Source: Myxococcota bacterium (GTDB taxonomy: Bacteria; Myxococcota_A; UBA796; GCA-2862545). Taken from it: DNA of 21,756 nt. This document shows, piece by piece, positions 18,529 to 21,756 of the stretch (position 1 is its first letter; each line of letters begins with the position of its first letter). Below the pieces are notes generated by a model. The model was not told the origin of the DNA. It did not search any database and saw only the letters and a program-made list of their open reading frames with translations. The stretch lies in NCBI GenBank assembly GCA_039208735.1, contig JBCCQY010000162.1:1-21756 (forward strand), written 5' to 3'. A program made the translations under genes and the position numbers.

Positions 18529-20445
18529 CTATGGGGCATCGACGAGCTCGGGGAACAGCTCGGCGAGGGCGACCTGCCCCGTGCTCTCGGCGGCGGCGAG
18601 CAGCATCGCGCCGGACAGGACGTACACCTCGCCGTCGACTCCCGCATCCGGTGCGCCGATGACGATGTCCGGTGTGCCGTCCCCGTTCAAGTCGCCCGTG
18701 GAATCGAACTGTGTGCGGCGGAGGAGGTCGCGGGGATCGATGCCGTGGATCTGCACCCCCCTCACGCCCTTTCCGATCTGGGCCAGATCGATCGAACCCG
18801 GCTCTGTCAGCTCCGAGCCCAGGATCACGAAGACCTTGCCTTCGTTTCCTGGTGCGCTGACAATCAGCTCTTGGAGTCCGTCCTGATCGAGATCCCCCGC
18901 CGACGCCATCCCCACTCCAAGGCTCCCGGACGGCTCGGTTCCGAAGATGCGGATCCCCAGGTTTTGGTCGATGAGCCGCTCGCGCGAGATGATCCCCGCC
19001 TCGCTCGCGTTCGCCAGCTGGTTCGAGCCGAAGACGACGAAGGCCTCCCCGGCGTCGTTGTCGTGCCGTTCGTGGCCGAGTGCGAAGTCGTCCACGCCAT
19101 CAGCGTTCAAGTCTCCGAGGCCGGCGGCCCCGTAGACCAAGAAGACGCCGCTTGGTGGAAAGTCGAAGAGGACGCCGCCTCCGTCCAGGGCGTCGCTCGA
19201 GGTGAGGACCCAAGCGGTCCGGGCCCCCGCGATCTGAGCCCCGGGAATCAAGGCCACGCCGCCGTCGCGGGGGGAGCCCACGAGAAGGTGGTCCCTCCCG
19301 TCGCCATCGACATCTCCGGCAATCGCCAACGCGGACTGGCAAAACAGACGGTCGAGAGCGGGGCTGTCGGCCAGCCGCACCGCCTCTCCGGCGGTCACGG
19401 CGGCCCCGATGTCGATGGCTCGTCCGCTAGCAAATGCATCGGAGATGACGTCGCCGAACACCACGAACAATCCCAAGAAGTCGGGGGGACGCGGTGCACA
19501 GATGACGAGGTCGTCCAACGTGTCGCCGTCGAGACGCGCGGTCACGAGAGAGTCGACGTCCCGGTTCACAATCGAAAGACCGAGCTGGCGGTTGCTGACC
19601 TCCACAAGCCGGACGACCCCGTCGCCCGACAGGGCTCGTTGGACGTCCGCACTCGAAACGATCAGGATCTCGCCTACGTCTATGCCTTCTTCCTCTCCTG
19701 GTGGCGCATCGCGTCGTCGGCTAGCCGTGATGGCCAACTCGGGGCGCCCGTCGCCGTCCAGATCGCCGAGAGCCGAAAGCCCAAAGCCCGCATTGGCCGA
19801 ATCGAACCCTTCGAAAGACACGCCCTGTTCCGGGGTGAGCGCGTCGAGGTCGATTGGCCCATCGAGCAGGGCTTCGCCCAGCACCAGGTAGGCCCGACCC
19901 TGCGACGCGACGGATTCTTCGTTGACGAACGCGGAGGGTGCGCTGACCAGAAGCTCTCGGCGGCCGTCCCCATCGGTGTCATCCACGAACGTGAGTTGCC
20001 GTCCAAGGTCTCCCTCGACCTCGCCAATCAACACCGTGGCGCCGAGTTCGTCGAACGACCCCTCGTCGTTGTCGATGCGCACCGTGTAGCGCTGCTCGGT
20101 CGTCGCGTTACCGTCGCTCGCGGCGACCACGAGCTCGTAGACATTGTTGCCATCGACGTCGACCGGACGCTCGAAGTCGAAGGTCTCGAGGGCGGAGACG
20201 GTCAGCGTCGTCGCGTCGAGTGTGAATCGGCCACTGTCGTCCCCTTCCTTCAGGGTGATCTCGACAGGGTCTCCATCGGGGTCCGCCACCTCGACGGAGA
20301 ACGCGACGGTCGCGTTCTCGATGACGACCCGCTCGAAATCCCCCGAGAACTCGGGGGGGAGGTTTGCGGTCTCACGACTCTCGGGCGGGGTCGCGCAGGC
20401 AGCGAGCCACCCCAATGCGGGCAAGATGACGGAGCGCAAGCTCAC
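18529..20445 (-). CDS. Lipoprotein with a cadherin domain and a 7-bladed FG-GAP propeller
   Basis: GTG after GGAGG; lipobox WLAAC. Cadherin motifs VIEN, DPDGD, RFTLD, DFERP.DVDGNNVYELVVAASDG. Seven DxDGDG-type loops (DTDGDG, DLDGDG, LDGDT, DVDGDG, DLNADG, DLDQDG, DLNGDG). Confidence 0.9.
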   Translation of the reverse strand: MSLRSVILPALGWLAACATPPESRETANLPPEFSGDFERVVIENATVAFSVEVADPDGDPVEITLKEGDDSGRFTLDATTLTVSALETFDFERPVDVDGNNVYELVVAASDGNATTEQRYTVRIDNDEGSFDELGATVLIGEVEGDLGRQLTFVDDTDGDGRRELLVSAPSAFVNEESVASQGRAYLVLGEALLDGPIDLDALTPEQGVSFEGFDSANAGFGLSALGDLDGDGRPELAITASRRRDAPPGEEEGIDVGEILIVSSADVQRALSGDGVVRLVEVSNRQLGLSIVNRDVDSLVTARLDGDTLDDLVICAPRPPDFLGLFVVFGDVISDAFASGRAIDIGAAVTAGEAVRLADSPALDRLFCQSALAIAGDVDGDGRDHLLVGSPRDGGVALIPGAQIAGARTAWVLTSSDALDGGGVLFDFPPSGVFLVYGAAGLGDLNADGVDDFALGHERHDNDAGEAFVVFGSNQLANASEAGIISRERLIDQNLGIRIFGTEPSGSLGVGMASAGDLDQDGLQELIVSAPGNEGKVFVILGSELTEPGSIDLAQIGKGVRGVQIHGIDPRDLLRRTQFDSTGDLNGDGTPDIVIGAPDAGVDGEVYVLSGAMLLAAAESTGQVALAELFPELVDAP

Positions 20446-20557
20446 AGGGCCTCCAAGGGAATACCATCAACATTCACAGCATCTTGGATATCGGCAACTT
20501 AAGCGGGTTTAAACCACATGAACTCGATCGCTACCCTACAGGGCCTCCGTGTGGAGT

Positions 20558-20785
20558 TACAGCGTGCCTCGGCCGAGTCGTTCAATTGCGTCTACCGGCC
20601 TGCTGAGTGATCAGGGCTTCCTGCAGAGGAGGCAGGGTTGACCCCAGCATACCCGGTGGTGCTGCGCGAGCGCGTTGTTTCGGCGTACCACGATGGAGAG
20701 GGGACGTTCCCGGAGCTCGCCGAGCGCTTTCGGATCGGAGAAGCGACGGTCGGCCGCTGGGTCTCGCTCGAGCGGAGGACCGGGA
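20558..20785 (+). mobile_element. Second IS630-family left-end remnant with truncated HTH ORF
   Basis: From 20638: MTPAYPVVLRERVVSAYHDGEGTFPELAERFRIGEATVGRWVSLERRTG; TA-initiated putative end at 20558. Confidence 0.75.
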
Positions 20786-20949
20786 CCGAAGACCGGGATG
20801 GGGGTCGTCGTCGGGTCTGTGGGCAGGCGAAGCCTGTCCAAGGGGTTTGGCCGCCGGGGGCGGACGATCCCGTCGTCCGGCCCGGCACGCTCCGTCCCCG
20901 GCGTCAATGGCCGGCAGCGTCCACAGGCCCCCGGTCGCCCGTGGCACAA

Positions 20950-21610
20950 CGATGGGGTGCCGCTCGTCCAGCCCGCGCTGCTCGGTGAAGTCGCCGCCAG
21001 CGGCCTCGCAGCACTTCAACTCGGTGGCTGGGTCCTTGGATCGCGCGGGATCTGGCGCTTCGTGGCGGAGCGACCCGGAGACGGCTGGCATGCCCACGGC
21101 TCCTACGTCGCCGGGCCCGGCGATCTGAAGGACGCGCAGCTCGTCGAGCTCCGCGTCTGCAAGCCCCGCAACGATGCGACGGTTGCGCCCGCGATGCGGC
21201 AGTGGGGCAAGCTCGTCGGCGAACAACAGGGCGCACTTCCGACCCCCGAGTTTCGTCGGTTCATCGACCTTCGGATCCGCGCGAACACCATTGGCACGAC
21301 GCAGACGCCGTGCAACGTCGCGAACTACGTGCAGCTTCTGGAGGACGCCTTCGCACCCGCTTCGGTGCGGGTCGCATTCCAGCCCAACGGCGCTTCGCTC
21401 GTCCGCGTCACCGTCACGTCGGGAGCCGCCTTGCTTGCGGAACCGATCGCCGAACGGGCCACCACGGTGGCTCGACGAGCCCGACCCATCGGCACGCTGG
21501 TGTCGCTGCACGAAGTCACGGAAACCGGCGTCGTCTACGGCGTCCCGGGGCGGGGCTATTCGCCAACGGCCTGGATTGGCCGTTCACTTTCAACCGGCCT
21601 GGGGGCCTGA
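20950..21610 (+). CDS. Phage baseplate-wedge-like protein (DUF2612/P2 gpI/Mu gp48-like), 5' end uncertain or truncated
   Basis: C-terminal part of ORF 20675..21610: MRQWGKLVGEQQGALPTPEFRRFIDLRIRANTIGT resembles LD.WG.IVG..R….D..YR..I..RI..N..GT; also ARRARPIG. Its stop overlaps the next start (TGATG). Confidence 0.45.
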
Positions 21611-21756
21611 TGCCAAACAGTAGCGATGTCGACCTCGACGAGGCCCGATGGGGCATCACCGTTGGCCTCACCAAGGCGGCCAACGCGACCGATCCCGCTT
21701 CGGCCTCGAAGGATGCCGGCTACACGACCGGGGATGCCTTGGATCCGGGTGCTGAC
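21610..21756 (+). CDS. N-terminus of a possible tail-fibre protein (runs off the right edge)
   Basis: ATG at 21610 coupled to the previous stop; MPNSSDVDLDEARWGITVGLTKAANATDPASASKDAGYTTGDALDPGAD. The W…P…K..G…G pattern and the position after a baseplate gene fit tail-fibre starts. Confidence 0.35.
   Translation, partial: MPNSSDVDLDEARWGITVGLTKAANATDPASASKDAGYTTGDALDPGAD

Noticed and set aside
20675..20950. N-terminal part of the 311-aa ORF as real protein
   Set aside because: It overlaps the IS630 remnant in another frame and is low-complexity and Arg/Gly/Pro-rich; only the downstream part looks coding.

Overview
GC-rich bacterial accessory island; the Cys-rich 'CGDG..EDCDDG' repeats, Hanks kinase and STAND regulator point to a Myxococcota-like host. 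Intact cargo genes sit among broken mobile DNA. Cargo: two divergently oriented paralogous FG-GAP (integrin-alpha-like, 7-blade) proteins with Cys-rich stalks (1601-3436 minus, 11054-12895 plus); a cadherin+FG-GAP lipoprotein; a STAND ATPase-TPR-wHTH regulator whose N-terminus looks like a captured IS21 transposase HTH; a secreted FABP/CRABP-like beta-barrel; and a membrane Ser/Thr kinase translationally coupled to an exported partner. Mobile debris: IS256, IS1380, two IS630, IS66 (tnpC and tnpB pieces), IS21, IS3 and probable IS4-like ends. A large serine recombinase C-terminus lies at the left edge and phage baseplate/tail-fibre-like ORFs at the right edge. Best leads: (1) the two FG-GAP paralogs differ mainly in the propeller's top-face loops, and they flank as long inverted repeats a 7.5 kb segment bounded by 18-bp inverted repeats; (2) the IS21-HTH/STAND fusion; (3) the exported FABP-like protein. 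All family calls are from motif recognition by eye; no searches were run.
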